In this document: piece after piece, positions 19,922 to 31,533 of the stretch | How positions within the stretch are numbered: the stretch's first letter is position 1 | Layout: the number at the start of each line of letters is the position of its first letter | Assembly: GCA_963782055.1 (NCBI GenBank) | Contig: CAWAIF010000003.1 | Span: 3,520,001 to 3,584,000 of the forward strand | Reading direction: 5' to 3' | Source: an uncultured delta proteobacterium | GTDB taxonomy: Bacteria; Myxococcota_A; Polyangia; Polyangiales; Polyangiaceae | DNA length: 64,000 nt | Made by a program: the position numbers and the translations under genes | The notes under the pieces: generated by a model | Seen by the model: the letters and a program-made list of their open reading frames with translations, nothing else | What the model was told of the DNA's origin: nothing | The model's database searches: none

Positions 19922-21754
19922 TCAGCGGTAGCCGGCGGCCTGCAGCTCGAAGAGGCGCGCGTAGAGGGCGCCGGCGGCCACCAGGCTCTCGTGCGTGCCC
20001 TGCTCCACGATGCGCCCGCCGTCCAGCACCACGATGCGGTCCGCCATGCGGACCGTCGGGAAGCGGTGCGAGACCAGCAGGCAGGTGCGGTCGCGCGTGA
20101 GCTCCGAGAAGCGGGTGAAGACCGCGTGCTCGGCCTCGGCGTCGAGGGCGGCCGTCGGCTCGTCCAGCACCAGGATGTCGGCGCCGTCGCGCATGAAGGC
20201 GCGGGCGAGGGCGATCTTCTGCCACTGGCCGCCGGAGAGCTCCACGCCGTCGCGGAACCGGCGGCCGAGCTGCGCCTCGATCCCCTGCGGCAGGGACGCG
20301 ATGAAGTCCGCGGCGCCGGCGCGCTCCAGCGAGCGCTCGATGCGTGGGGTGTCGCCGATGGAGTCCACCTCTCCCACGCCGACGTTCTCGCGCACGGTGA
20401 GCTGGTACTGGGCGAAGTCCTGGAAGACCACCCCGATGCGGCTGCGCAGCGCCTCGGCGTCCCACGCGGTGACGGGCCTGCCGTCCACCAGCACGCGGCC
20501 CTCCGTCGGCTCGTACAGGCCGGCGAGGAGCTTGATGAGGGTGGTCTTGCCCGCGCCGTTGTGGCCGACGAGCGCCAGCCGCTCCCCGCGCCGCACGTGC
20601 AGGCTCACGTGGCGCAGGGCCCAGTCTTCCTTGCCGGGGTACTGGAAGCCCACGTCGTCGAAGACGATGCCCTCCTCGGCGCCGTCGACGGCCGGGGCGG
20701 CGTGCTCGGCGCGGCCCCCGCCGTCCCCGTTCTCCAGCACCGGGATGGCCAGGTAGGAGAAGAGGTTGGACATGTAGAGGTTGTCCTCGTGCATGCCCGT
20801 CAGCGCGGAGAGCACCGCCTGAAAGCTCTCCTGCCCCTGCCGGAACGCGACCATGTAGAGCGTCATGTTGCCGAGGGTGATGCGCCCGGCGGCGGCGGCG
20901 ATCGCCATGGCCACGTAGCAGCCGTAGAAAGCGCCGCTCGAGAGCAGGGACAGGGCGAGGGCCCACGCGCTGCGTCGCTTGGCGAGGCCCGCGTCCTCGC
21001 GGAAGAACGCCTCGCCCAGGTCGCGGTAGCGGCCGAGGAGCATCGGCCCCAGGCCGAAGAGCTTCACCTCCTTGGCGTGCTCGTCGCTGGCGAGCACGTA
21101 CTCCAGGTACATGAGCTTGCGCGCCTCCGGCGAGCGCCAGTTGCGCACGCGGAACGCCAGGCTGGAGAAGCGCAGCTCGGCCACGGTCGCCGGCACGGTG
21201 GCGACCAGCAGGCCGAGCACCACCAGCGGGCTGAAGCGCACCAGCAGCGCGACGTAGCCGGCGAGGGTGATCAGGCTCTGCGCGATCTGGAAGGTGCGCG
21301 TGACCATGGAGAGCGGGCGGGCCGAGGCCTCGCGGCGCGCGCGCGTGAGCTGGTCGTAGAACTCGGAGTCCTCGAAGTGACGGAGGTCCAGCGTCAGCGC
21401 CTTCTGCAGGATGGCGACGTTGACCTCCAGCGAGAGGCGCGCGCCGAGCACCGAGCGCACGAGCGCGTTGCCTTGCTGTGCCCCGAGGCGCAGCAGGGCC
21501 GCCGCGAGCTCCAGCAGCACCCAGCGGACCGCGTCGTGCGCGTCGTGCGCGACGACGGCGTCGATGATGCGCTTGCCCGCGTACGCCATCGCGATCGGCG
21601 CGAGCGCGCCGAACACGGTGAGCGCGGCGAGGGCGAGCGTCCACGCCGGGGACGCTCGGTACACCAGCGCGAGCGTGCGCGGCGTGTGCCGGAAGCTCCG
21701 CAGCGAGAGCGTCTTGGTGCGCTCGGGCGGGGCGGGGTGCGCCCTGTGTCTCAC
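19922..21754 (-). CDS. ABC transporter, fused permease/ATP-binding
   Basis: N-terminal TM helices; GHNGAGKT, LSGGQWQ, LVLDEPT, SHR. Confidence 0.93.
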   Translation of the reverse strand: MRHRAHPAPPERTKTLSLRSFRHTPRTLALVYRASPAWTLALAALTVFGALAPIAMAYAGKRIIDAVVAHDAHDAVRWVLLELAAALLRLGAQQGNALVRSVLGARLSLEVNVAILQKALTLDLRHFEDSEFYDQLTRARREASARPLSMVTRTFQIAQSLITLAGYVALLVRFSPLVVLGLLVATVPATVAELRFSSLAFRVRNWRSPEARKLMYLEYVLASDEHAKEVKLFGLGPMLLGRYRDLGEAFFREDAGLAKRRSAWALALSLLSSGAFYGCYVAMAIAAAAGRITLGNMTLYMVAFRQGQESFQAVLSALTGMHEDNLYMSNLFSYLAIPVLENGDGGGRAEHAAPAVDGAEEGIVFDDVGFQYPGKEDWALRHVSLHVRRGERLALVGHNGAGKTTLIKLLAGLYEPTEGRVLVDGRPVTAWDAEALRSRIGVVFQDFAQYQLTVRENVGVGEVDSIGDTPRIERSLERAGAADFIASLPQGIEAQLGRRFRDGVELSGGQWQKIALARAFMRDGADILVLDEPTAALDAEAEHAVFTRFSELTRDRTCLLVSHRFPTVRMADRIVVLDGGRIVEQGTHESLVAAGALYARLFELQAAGYR

Positions 21755-21916
21755 CAGCGGTACCTAATCACCACGGCTGAAGGCGTCGAGCTGGACAGAT
21801 CGGTAGTACCCCGCTCGTCGGACTCGCGCCCCGCCGGTCCGGCGTCGGCCCCGGGAGACCCTGGAACGCTCAGGCCGCGACCCCCGACGCGCCGCGAAGA
21901 GCCCGCCGGGGAGGGA

Positions 21917-22327
21917 TCAGAGCGAGACGTCGAAGACGTCTCGCATGGCGGGGTAGGGGTCGTCGTTCCACTCCATGCCGTCGAGGCCGACGCGGAAGGA
22001 TGTGGTCAGCCCGTCGCCCCAGGGCCACCAGAGGCCGAAGACGACCAGCCCGCCCCCATCGTCCGCGGTGAGCAGCATCTGGCCCATGCGCAGGCCGCCG
22101 GTGCGCTCGGCCAGGCGCCGCAGATCGACCGAGGCACGGGCGAGGGTCGCCGGGGTGTACTCGACGGGCAGCGCGGCGCGGGCGGCGGCCCGGGCGGCGC
22201 CCTCGAACTCCACGCTGAAGGAGGAGGTGATGCAGACGAGGCGGCTGTCCCAGCTCCACGCGCGTGCGGGCCAGCTCGCTTTCAGCTTGGCGAAGCGATC
22301 GAAGAGCGACTGCCAAGGATGGCTCAT
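21917..22327 (-). CDS. Hypothetical protein
   Basis: ORF from MSHPWQSLF with Trp-rich motifs (WSWD, LWWPWGDG) and host-like codon usage. Confidence 0.7.
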   Translation of the reverse strand: MSHPWQSLFDRFAKLKASWPARAWSWDSRLVCITSSFSVEFEGAARAAARAALPVEYTPATLARASVDLRRLAERTGGLRMGQMLLTADDGGGLVVFGLWWPWGDGLTTSFRVGLDGMEWNDDPYPAMRDVFDVSL

Positions 22328-22389
22328 GACCGTGCACGTTACCGTTGTGAGGGCGCGAACCCAAGCTTTCGACGCGGCCGCCGGAAGGT

Positions 22390-22551
22390 TCACGTCGGCG
22401 GTGGCGGGCGAGGGGGATCGCGCGGCAAAATCAGCGCGATGACCACCTCCCCGTAGCGGTTGACCTTGTCGAGCACGCGGGCGCCGCGCAGCCCCTTGCG
22501 GCGGGCGAGCTCGTCGATGGCGGCCTTGAGCTGCTGCACGAGGAGGTTCAC
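22390..22551 (-). CDS. Small hypothetical protein (53 aa)
   Basis: Manual translation from GTG: MNLLVQQLKAAIDELARRKGLRGARVLDKVNRYGEVVIALILPRDPPRPPPPT; G/C third positions. Not in the ORF track. Confidence 0.6.
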   Translation of the reverse strand: MNLLVQQLKAAIDELARRKGLRGARVLDKVNRYGEVVIALILPRDPPRPPPPT

Positions 22552-22755
22552 GAGACCACCCTGATACTGTTCGCCCGTTCAGTCAAGACCCGGCGGGCGC
22601 CGCGTGAGCTCAGCCGCACGGCCGCCTCGGGGTCGACCGCCAGCATGCTGGCCATCGAACGTTCAGCGCTGACGGACGGGAGGGGGGAGGGGCCGGCAGC
22701 GGAGCGGAACTTCCGGCCGGCGGGGCTGTCGCTCCTGGCAAGGAGGTCCTTCGCC

Positions 22756-23019
22756 ATGTCCGCGTACCGCACCCCGCCGCCTTCCGAGATGCTCCCGAAG
22801 CCGCCCCCCGCGCGCCGCGCGATCACCTGGGCCGTGCTGGTGCTCTCCCTCGGCGGGCACGTCGGCGTCCTCGCCGCCGGCTTCTTGATGCAGCCGGCCC
22901 CCCCGCAGCCGCCGCCCACCGCTGTCGTCACCGTCCTCTCCGGCCACGTCAATCCCTTCACCGGCGACATCCACGCGAACGGGTACCGCAGCGCGCGCGT
23001 GCGGGTCGCTCGGCGGTAG
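22756..23019 (+). CDS. Small single-pass membrane protein
   Basis: AGGAGG SD at 22741; MSAYRTPPP followed by one TM helix. Confidence 0.65.
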   Translation: MSAYRTPPPSEMLPKPPPARRAITWAVLVLSLGGHVGVLAAGFLMQPAPPQPPPTAVVTVLSGHVNPFTGDIHANGYRSARVRVARR

Positions 23020-23082
23020 CGGTCGCCCGCGCCATCCGACTCGCGGCGCGCCGCGACCTCGCGTGGAGCCGCGAGCGCTCGG

Positions 23083-24279
23083 GTGGTCGGGCCCGCCGCC
23101 CACGCGCCGAATCCCGACGGCACGGAGAGTGCACCCGGCGCCGCCGTGCGAAGGCGATCCCTCTGGATGACCGTGGCCGCAGGGACCCTCGCGGTGAGCG
23201 CCGCGTGGCTCGCCCGGCCCGCGCGCGTCGCCACCGCCGAGTCCGACCCGGCGGAGGCGCCGGCGGACGTCATCGTCCTCGCCACTCCCCACGAGGTGGA
23301 CGCGCGCGCCACCGTCGTGCGCGTCGTGCACGTCGGCGCCGGCGGGGTGAGCGAGCGCGCGCTGGGCGCGGTGGCACACCCGCCGGGCGCTGTGGTCCGC
23401 GCCGACGCCGCGGGTGAGCGCGTCTTCGTGGTGGCCGACGAGGAGGGCGCCGCGGACCCCGACTGGGGCGCCGCGCTCTTCCGCGTGGACGCCTCCGGCA
23501 CCACGCGTCTCGCCGGCGGCGTGGGCCACGCGCGCAAGCCGCTCGTCTCGGCGGGCGGCGAGGTCTACGTCGAGCGGGGCCTGTCCGGCCCGCCGCCCAC
23601 CGACGCCGACGCGCGCGCCGGCCGCCTGCGCCTGGACTCCATCACGCTGGACGCCGTCGATCCCGCGTCGGGCGCGAACCATGCACTCTACACGGACACC
23701 GCGTACTGCCTGCACCTCGCCGGGGAGGCGCGCGGCGAGCTCGTCGTCTACCGCGTCGGCCCCTCCGGCGCGGACCTCGTCGCCGTCGACGAGGCGACCG
23801 GCGCGTCGCGCCTGATCACCACCGTCCCGCCCTTCGCGCGCGACTTCAGCGTGACGGCGGCGGGCGATGCGCTCGTCTTCTCCGACCGCGACCCGACGGA
23901 CGCCGGCACCTGGACGGTCGTACGCGTCGACCTCGCCACCGGCGCGCTCACCACGCTGAGCGCACGGCGCGGAGACGCCCCGGCGCCCTTCGCGCTGCCC
24001 GGCGGAGACGTCGCGTGGAGCGCCGCCGGACGCCGCGGCCTGAGGCTGGCGAGCTGGTCCGCCTCCCGTCCGCCGCTCGCGCCCCTCGGCGCGGGCTTCG
24101 ACGCCGTGCAGGCGATGGCGCCGGACGGCGCGTGGGTGGCCCTGCTCCACGTCCCGCCCGGCGGCTATGACGAGTCCGCCGCGGTGGACCTGCACACCTC
24201 GCGCGTGGTGCGCCTCACATCCGGTGACGAGCGCATCGACGTGGTGGGCTTCGTCGGCTCGCGGGACGTGGCGCGATGA
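23083..24279 (+). CDS. Exported protein, probable beta-propeller
   Basis: Signal-like N-terminus and repeated beta-blade-like segments; start uncertain; stop overlaps the next ATG. Confidence 0.6.
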   Translation: MVGPAAHAPNPDGTESAPGAAVRRRSLWMTVAAGTLAVSAAWLARPARVATAESDPAEAPADVIVLATPHEVDARATVVRVVHVGAGGVSERALGAVAHPPGAVVRADAAGERVFVVADEEGAADPDWGAALFRVDASGTTRLAGGVGHARKPLVSAGGEVYVERGLSGPPPTDADARAGRLRLDSITLDAVDPASGANHALYTDTAYCLHLAGEARGELVVYRVGPSGADLVAVDEATGASRLITTVPPFARDFSVTAAGDALVFSDRDPTDAGTWTVVRVDLATGALTTLSARRGDAPAPFALPGGDVAWSAAGRRGLRLASWSASRPPLAPLGAGFDAVQAMAPDGAWVALLHVPPGGYDESAAVDLHTSRVVRLTSGDERIDVVGFVGSRDVAR

Positions 24280-25385
24280 GAGCGCTCGCCTTCGTCCTCG
24301 CCGCCGGCGCGGCCCTCCTCGCCGCGCCCGCCGCCCGCGCGTACTGCCCGAGCTACACGCCCGCGGAGACGGCGGGCAGCCACAACTGCGGCGTCGACCC
24401 CGTCCCTGGCAAGAACCCCGGCGTGGCCGCGTGGCAGAGCATCTTCGCCGAGGTCTCCGGCGGCCAGGCGTCGTGGGGGAGCGACGGCCCGCCTGGCGTG
24501 GGGACCATCGGCTCCGGCTGTGGCAAGCCCAACCCCACGGTGAAGGTGCCCGCGCACTTCCCGTGTCACGTCCTGTACGCCATCTCCATGGTGGAGTCGG
24601 GCTGGCGGCAGTTCTGCGTACCCGACACGCCCTCCGCGTCGGTGGGCGCCCCCAGCCGCACCATCGTCTCCTTCGACTGCGGCTACGGCATCGGGCAGGT
24701 CACCAGCGGCATGCACGTCGGCGAGACCCCCAAGTTCGATCGCAACCGCGTCGCGGCCGAGCCCACCTACAACCTGGCGACGGGCACCTTCATCCTGGCC
24801 AGCAAGTGGAACGCCACGAGCTGCATCGGCGACAACGATCCGGACATCGTCGAGGACTGGTACGCCGCGATCTGGGCGTACAACGGGCTCGCGTACTCCA
24901 ACAACCCCAACAACCCCAACCTCACCCCCGGGCGCGGCGTCTACGATCCCAAGAACGGCGGCAGCTACACCTACCAGGAGAAGGTGATGGGCTGGATGGA
25001 GCACCCGCCCGCCGACGGCCGCTGGGCGTCGCTCGCTCCCGCGTACCCCAACCGCGGGGAGGTCGGCGGCAGCGGCTCACCGCCCGCGCTCTCCGAGCCC
25101 TCGTGTGCGAGCCCGACCGACTGCACCAAGACCCGCAAGACCCACCACTCGACGTGCACCGGCGTGACCGGCGCCGACGCGGGCCCGCCCGGGGAGGCCG
25201 GCGCGCCCGTGGAGGCCGGCCCTGGCGACGAGGGCGGCCTGCAGACCTCGTCCCCCTTCAATCCCCCGGGCGGGGAGGGTGGCTGCTCCTGCAGCGCGGC
25301 GCCCGACCGGCGCACCCCCGCCGCCGGGTGGCTCGCCGCCCTCGGTCTGGGAATGCTCACCCTCCGGCGCCGGCGGCGCACGTGA
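24276..25385 (+). CDS. Lytic-transglycosylase-like protein with MYXO-CTERM-type sorting signal
   Basis: AISMVESGW (catalytic Glu), GIGQVT, YNLATG, AIWAYNG; C-terminal GGCSCS, TM helix and RRRRR. Confidence 0.75.
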   Translation: MRALAFVLAAGAALLAAPAARAYCPSYTPAETAGSHNCGVDPVPGKNPGVAAWQSIFAEVSGGQASWGSDGPPGVGTIGSGCGKPNPTVKVPAHFPCHVLYAISMVESGWRQFCVPDTPSASVGAPSRTIVSFDCGYGIGQVTSGMHVGETPKFDRNRVAAEPTYNLATGTFILASKWNATSCIGDNDPDIVEDWYAAIWAYNGLAYSNNPNNPNLTPGRGVYDPKNGGSYTYQEKVMGWMEHPPADGRWASLAPAYPNRGEVGGSGSPPALSEPSCASPTDCTKTRKTHHSTCTGVTGADAGPPGEAGAPVEAGPGDEGGLQTSSPFNPPGGEGGCSCSAAPDRRTPAAGWLAALGLGMLTLRRRRRT

Positions 25386-25437
25386 CATTCTGGTGCGCCG
25401 CTCGCGCCCGCCGGCGCGATGAGGGTACGATGCGCGC

Positions 25438-27030
25438 ATGGGACTTTCGCTTCGCTGGGGCCTTGGCGCGTCGCTGCCGATCCTTGCGCTCGCCCTGACC
25501 GCGGCGGCGCTCGCCAACTGCAGCTCGAACGACGAGACACCGCCCGCCGATGCCGGCGACGAGGACGTCGACACACGGCCGCCCACGCCCCCCGACTGGG
25601 ACCGCGCGGTGACGCGGCCGGACGACACCACCGCCGCCGCCGACCGGGCGGCGTGCAAGTTCAAGCGCGGCGATCTGCCCGCCGAGACCCTCGGCACCAG
25701 CACCCCGGTCGACAAGGACATCCCCATCGACACCGTGGTCGTGCTGGTGATGGAGAACCACTCCTTCGACAACTACTTCGGGCAGCTCGGCAAGTACCTG
25801 AACAGGAGCGACATCGAGTCGCCGCCGCCTGGCGCGAGCAACCCCGCCATCGCGGGGCAGGGCTCCGACGCCGGCACCGACGCGGGCGATGACGGCGGCA
25901 GCGGCGACGGCGGTGCGACGGACGGCGGCGACGGCGGGGCCCCGCAGACGTTCCCCTACACCCACGCGTCGCACCTCTGCACGCTGGACACCAACCACGA
26001 GTGGGACGGCACCCACCTCGAGTACGACGACGGCAAGATGGACGGCTTCGTCCAGGCCAACGAGGGCTGGGACAAGGGCAAGCTCACCGGCAGCGCCGAC
26101 CCGTCCCTCGCGAGCGGCGCGCGCGCCATGGTCTACTACGACCAGACCGACCTGCCCTTTTACTACGACCTGGCGAAGGACTTCGCGATCGCCGACCACT
26201 ACCACTGCTCGGTGCTCGGCCCCACGTGGCCGAACCGCATGTACGTGTATGCCGCGACCAGCTTCGGCCGCACCACCAACGACTTCCCCGACCTCAGCGC
26301 GTACCCGTTCCCCGACAACGACGCGAGCATCCTGGACGAGCTGGAGAAGCGGCACGTCGACTGGTGGCTCTACACCGACTCGCCGCCGACGGCCGCGGTG
26401 GTCCACGGCATCGCCCTCGGCTCGCGCTACGGGCGCATCCCGACCCGCAGCGTGGCGAACTTCATGAGCGACGCGGCGGCGGGCACCCTCCCGCAGGTCA
26501 CCTTCCTCGACCCCGACACCACCCACGAGGGCCCGAAGGACAACGACGAGCACCCGCCGGCGCAGATCCAGATCGGCCAGAAGTTCGTGAGCGACGTCGT
26601 CCACGCGGTGATGACCAGCCCGCAGTGGGCGCACATCGCGCTCTTCGTCACGTGGGACGAGCACGGCGGCTTCTACGATCACGTCCCGCCGCCGCCCGCC
26701 TGCGCGCCGGACGACAAGACCCCCGTCAAGGGAGACAACAGCCCGGAGACGGGGGCCTTCGACCGCTACGGCGTGCGCGTGCCCTTCATCCTGGTCTCAC
26801 CCTACGCGAAGAAGGGGTACGTGGGTCACGCGACCTACGACCACACCAGCATCACCCGCTTCATCGAGGCGAAGTTCAAGGTGCCCGCGCTCACCGCGCG
26901 CGACGCCAACGCCGACCCGCTGATGGACCTCTTCGACTTCCAGAACCCGCCGTGGGTCACGCCGCCCACCATCGCCGAGCCCACGATCGACCAGGGCGAG
27001 GTCGACTACTGCGCGGGCAACTACCAGTAG
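25438..27030 (+). CDS. Phosphoesterase (phospholipase C / AcpA family) lipoprotein
   Basis: VLVMENHSFDNYFG, GPTWPNR, TWDEHGGFYDHVPPP, YGVRVP, YDHTSI; lipobox LANC. Confidence 0.92.
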   Translation: MGLSLRWGLGASLPILALALTAAALANCSSNDETPPADAGDEDVDTRPPTPPDWDRAVTRPDDTTAAADRAACKFKRGDLPAETLGTSTPVDKDIPIDTVVVLVMENHSFDNYFGQLGKYLNRSDIESPPPGASNPAIAGQGSDAGTDAGDDGGSGDGGATDGGDGGAPQTFPYTHASHLCTLDTNHEWDGTHLEYDDGKMDGFVQANEGWDKGKLTGSADPSLASGARAMVYYDQTDLPFYYDLAKDFAIADHYHCSVLGPTWPNRMYVYAATSFGRTTNDFPDLSAYPFPDNDASILDELEKRHVDWWLYTDSPPTAAVVHGIALGSRYGRIPTRSVANFMSDAAAGTLPQVTFLDPDTTHEGPKDNDEHPPAQIQIGQKFVSDVVHAVMTSPQWAHIALFVTWDEHGGFYDHVPPPPACAPDDKTPVKGDNSPETGAFDRYGVRVPFILVSPYAKKGYVGHATYDHTSITRFIEAKFKVPALTARDANADPLMDLFDFQNPPWVTPPTIAEPTIDQGEVDYCAGNYQ

Positions 27031-27037
27031 CCCGCCG

Positions 27038-28021
27038 CTACTTGCAGGTGTCGTCGGTGCCCAGGGCGTTGGACTGGCACCCGTTGGGGCACGCGTCCTT
27101 CTGCGGCACGCCGCCGGAGCACTTGTAGCGAGCGCTCCCGCTGCAGGTCCAGTACTGGTTGCCCGCGTACGAGGAGCTGGCGCAGTCCCAGTTGACCGGC
27201 GGAGGCGGCGGGGGAGGCGGGGTCTTGCAGGTGTCGTCGGTGCCGACGGCGTTGGACTGGCAGCCGTCGGGGCAGGCCTCGACCTCCGCCACGCCGCCGG
27301 AGCACCTGTAGCGAGCGCTCCCGCTGCAGGTCCAGTACTGGTTGCCCGCGTACGAGGAGCTGGCGCAGTCCCAGCTCACCCCGCCGCCGCCCGCGTCGGT
27401 GTCGCCGCCGCCGCCCTGATTCTGGCCGCCGCCGTTGGCCTTCGCGTGCGCCCAGCCCTGCGGCACCCAGTTGCCCCAGCGCGCGCCGATCTTCCCGTTG
27501 GCGTAGGTGAGGGTGGCCTTGCCGCTGCCCTTCACGTTCTGCTCCAGGATGTCGATGGAGCTCGCGTGCACCGCGGTGACGAGCGCCACGTGCCCGTAGG
27601 CGCCGTTCGGCCACACGATCATGTCGCCAGCGACCGGCGGGTGCGCCTTGTCGCCGTTGTAGTAGACGTCCACCGAGTCCTTCGGCGCGCCGGCGAGCAG
27701 CGTCTTGGCGTTGCCGTACCAGCGCAGGCCCCAGTGCGTCTTGAAGTGGCGCATCACCAGCTCCACGCACTGGTAGCGCAGGCCGTAGGAGCCGCCGCCG
27801 GCGCAGGAGACGCCGGTGCCGGTGTTGGCCCCGTTGGAGTACGCCGTCGTGCCGTCGAAGGTGCCGAGCGCGGTGCCGCAGGCGGGCATCGTCAGCGCCT
27901 CGGAGGCGGAGGGGTTGCTGGCCGAGGTGTCCTCGCCGTCCACACCGGCGCTGCAGCCTGAGATCACGGCGAGCGCGAGCGAGCCGGCGGCGACGAGTCC
28001 AAGGAGGGGAAGGCGCGCCAT
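27038..28021 (-). CDS. CHAP-domain lipoprotein with two Cys-rich C-terminal repeats
   Basis: YQCVELVMR (Cys), YGHVALV (His), ILEQN; lipobox ISGC. Confidence 0.88.
   Translation of the reverse strand: MARLPLLGLVAAGSLALAVISGCSAGVDGEDTSASNPSASEALTMPACGTALGTFDGTTAYSNGANTGTGVSCAGGGSYGLRYQCVELVMRHFKTHWGLRWYGNAKTLLAGAPKDSVDVYYNGDKAHPPVAGDMIVWPNGAYGHVALVTAVHASSIDILEQNVKGSGKATLTYANGKIGARWGNWVPQGWAHAKANGGGQNQGGGGDTDAGGGGVSWDCASSSYAGNQYWTCSGSARYRCSGGVAEVEACPDGCQSNAVGTDDTCKTPPPPPPPPVNWDCASSSYAGNQYWTCSGSARYKCSGGVPQKDACPNGCQSNALGTDDTCK
27041..27374. repeat. Direct repeat, two ~151-bp copies (27041-27191 and 27224-27374)
   Basis: Near-identical DNA encoding WDCASSSYAGNQYWTCSGSARYxCSGGV...CPxGCQSNAxGTDDTCK. 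Confidence 0.9.
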
Positions 28022-28263
28022 GCCCTTCTCCTTTGCAGCCTGCGTGCCGGCGCGCGGGCGATGGTCGATCGCAGGCGTTTCCTGCGGCGAGCGCGGTCCC
28101 TCGCCCGGCGGTCCCGGTTCGGGCGTTGCCCAGGGCCTGGTGCGCGCTTTGACCGGTCGTCACCTCGCCGCGTCACGGGCGACACCGGGCGGCGTCGAAG
28201 AGTGGGCCGGAGATGGCGTGGTCTGCGACGATCCGTCACGCCACGCGCGAAGGAGGCTCCACC

Positions 28264-28377
28264 ATGACCCTGCGAATCGACGCGCCCTTCTGGGCGGCCC
28301 TCATGACCGGCGTGATCGCCACCGCCTGCATCACGCTGCTGGGCGTGGCCGCGCAGGCGGGGGGCCTGGTCGGCTGA
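28264..28377 (+). CDS. Small hydrophobic protein (37 aa)
   Basis: AGGAGG SD at 28251; MTLRIDAPFWAALMTGVIATACITLLGVAAQAGGLVG. Not in the ORF track. Confidence 0.55.
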   Translation: MTLRIDAPFWAALMTGVIATACITLLGVAAQAGGLVG

Positions 28378-28387
28378 AGAAGTGCGG

Positions 28388-28459
28388 CGACCCCATCGGG
28401 AATCGAACCCGAGTTACCGGCGTGAGAGGCCGATGTCCTAACCGCTAGACGATGGGGCC
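28388..28459 (-). tRNA. tRNA-Glu (CTC)
   Basis: GGCCCCATCGTCTAGCGGTTAGGACATCGGCCTCTCACGCCGGTAACTCGGGTTCGATTCCCGATGGGGTCG folds as a cloverleaf; CCA not encoded. Confidence 0.96.
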
Positions 28460-28488
28460 AGTGACGAAGGAAGGCGAAGAAAGCGTTG

Positions 28489-28559
28489 CTGGGGGACTAG
28501 GATTCGAACCTAGATAGCCAGAGCCAGAATCTGACGTCCTGCCATTAGACGATCCCCCA
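28489..28559 (-). tRNA. tRNA-Gln (CTG)
   Basis: TGGGGGATCGTCTAATGGCAGGACGTCAGATTCTGGCTCTGGCTATCTAGGTTCGAATCCTAGTCCCCCAG folds as a cloverleaf. Confidence 0.96.
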
Positions 28560-28702
28560 AGGAAACTCGGGAACCGGAGCGTCCGAGAGCCGGGGCCTCT
28601 CGGGCCCGCGCACCTTACTTACGGCCCGTAGGCTGTCAAGCTCCTGCCGGAGGCACCGCCCCTTTGGAGGGTCGGACGGGTGGGGTATGCTTCCCCTGAC
28701 GC

Positions 28703-29431
28703 ATGATGCCGCCGTACCGCTCGTCCACGCCGCCCTCGGTGCCCGCCGCGCCGCCGCGATGCTTGTATTGTGCAGCCATCGTCCCCGCCGGCGAGCCGGG
28801 GGGAGACAGGGCGTGCCCGCGGTGCGGCCTGAGCTTCGAGGTGACCCACGAGAAGCGCGTCGGCGCCCCGTGCCCCCGCTGCGAGGGCAAGACGCTGGCC
28901 CCGTCCGCGGTGGACGACGCGTCGGTCTACGTGTGCCACACCTGCCAGGGCTGCTTCATCCACGCCGCCGACTGGGACGAGCTGCTCGCCCGGGCGGACG
29001 AGGGCGGGCACCTGTCCATCGGCTCGCTGGTGCCCCCGCCCCCGGGGCAAGGCCCCACCCTCCAGGACCTCTTCCAGAGCGTGCGCTGCCCGGTGTGCGC
29101 GGTGCCCACCCGGCGCTTCGAGTTCGCCGGTCACGCCGGGCTCTGGCTGGATGTCTGCCCGGCCCACGGCCTCTGGCTGGACGCCGGGGAGCTGGTGGCC
29201 GCCGTGCAGCAGCACAAGGCGCACCCGGACGGGGTCGAGGCGCCGGTGAAGCCCACCGCCACCGCCCTCGCTGCGGAGGAGGCAGGGCGTCCGTCGCAAT
29301 CCCAGGGGTTCGCCGAGGCGATGGCGGTGGATGGCGCCAAGACCCTGGTGTCCTTCGCCTCCGGCATGCTCCGGCTGCTCTCCGATGTGGGGCAGCCGAC
29401 CTACTACTACCACCGCGGCTACTGGTGGTGA
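28703..29431 (+). CDS. Multi-zinc-ribbon (zf-TFIIB-like) protein
   Basis: CxxC pairs CLYC, CPRC, CPRC, CHTC, CPVC; LDVCPAHGLWLDAGEL motif. Confidence 0.8.
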   Translation: MMPPYRSSTPPSVPAAPPRCLYCAAIVPAGEPGGDRACPRCGLSFEVTHEKRVGAPCPRCEGKTLAPSAVDDASVYVCHTCQGCFIHAADWDELLARADEGGHLSIGSLVPPPPGQGPTLQDLFQSVRCPVCAVPTRRFEFAGHAGLWLDVCPAHGLWLDAGELVAAVQQHKAHPDGVEAPVKPTATALAAEEAGRPSQSQGFAEAMAVDGAKTLVSFASGMLRLLSDVGQPTYYYHRGYWW

Positions 29432-29441
29432 CCGCCCCCCC

Positions 29442-29469
29442 TTGACGGGGCGCCCTCCAGGCTTACTCT
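29442..29469 (+). promoter_or_regulatory. Putative sigma70 promoter of groESL
   Basis: TTGACG-N16-TACTCT immediately upstream of the CIRCE. Confidence 0.6.
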
Positions 29470-29483
29470 CCCGCCCGGCTGCG

Positions 29484-29510
29484 CTGGCACTCTCCTCCGG
29501 TGAGTGCTAA
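29484..29510 (+). promoter_or_regulatory. CIRCE element (HrcA operator)
   Basis: CTGGCACTC-N9-GAGTGCTAA against consensus TTAGCACTC-N9-GAGTGCTAA, upstream of groES. Confidence 0.93.
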
Positions 29511-29549
29511 TAGCGCGCCTACCGCAGCGAAACTCCGAGGAGAAACGCC

Positions 29550-31533
<1,984 letters not shown>

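Noticed and set aside
28388..28559. tRNA-Glu/Gln pair as an island integration site
   Set aside because: No adjacent integrase or duplicated tRNA 3' end was seen.
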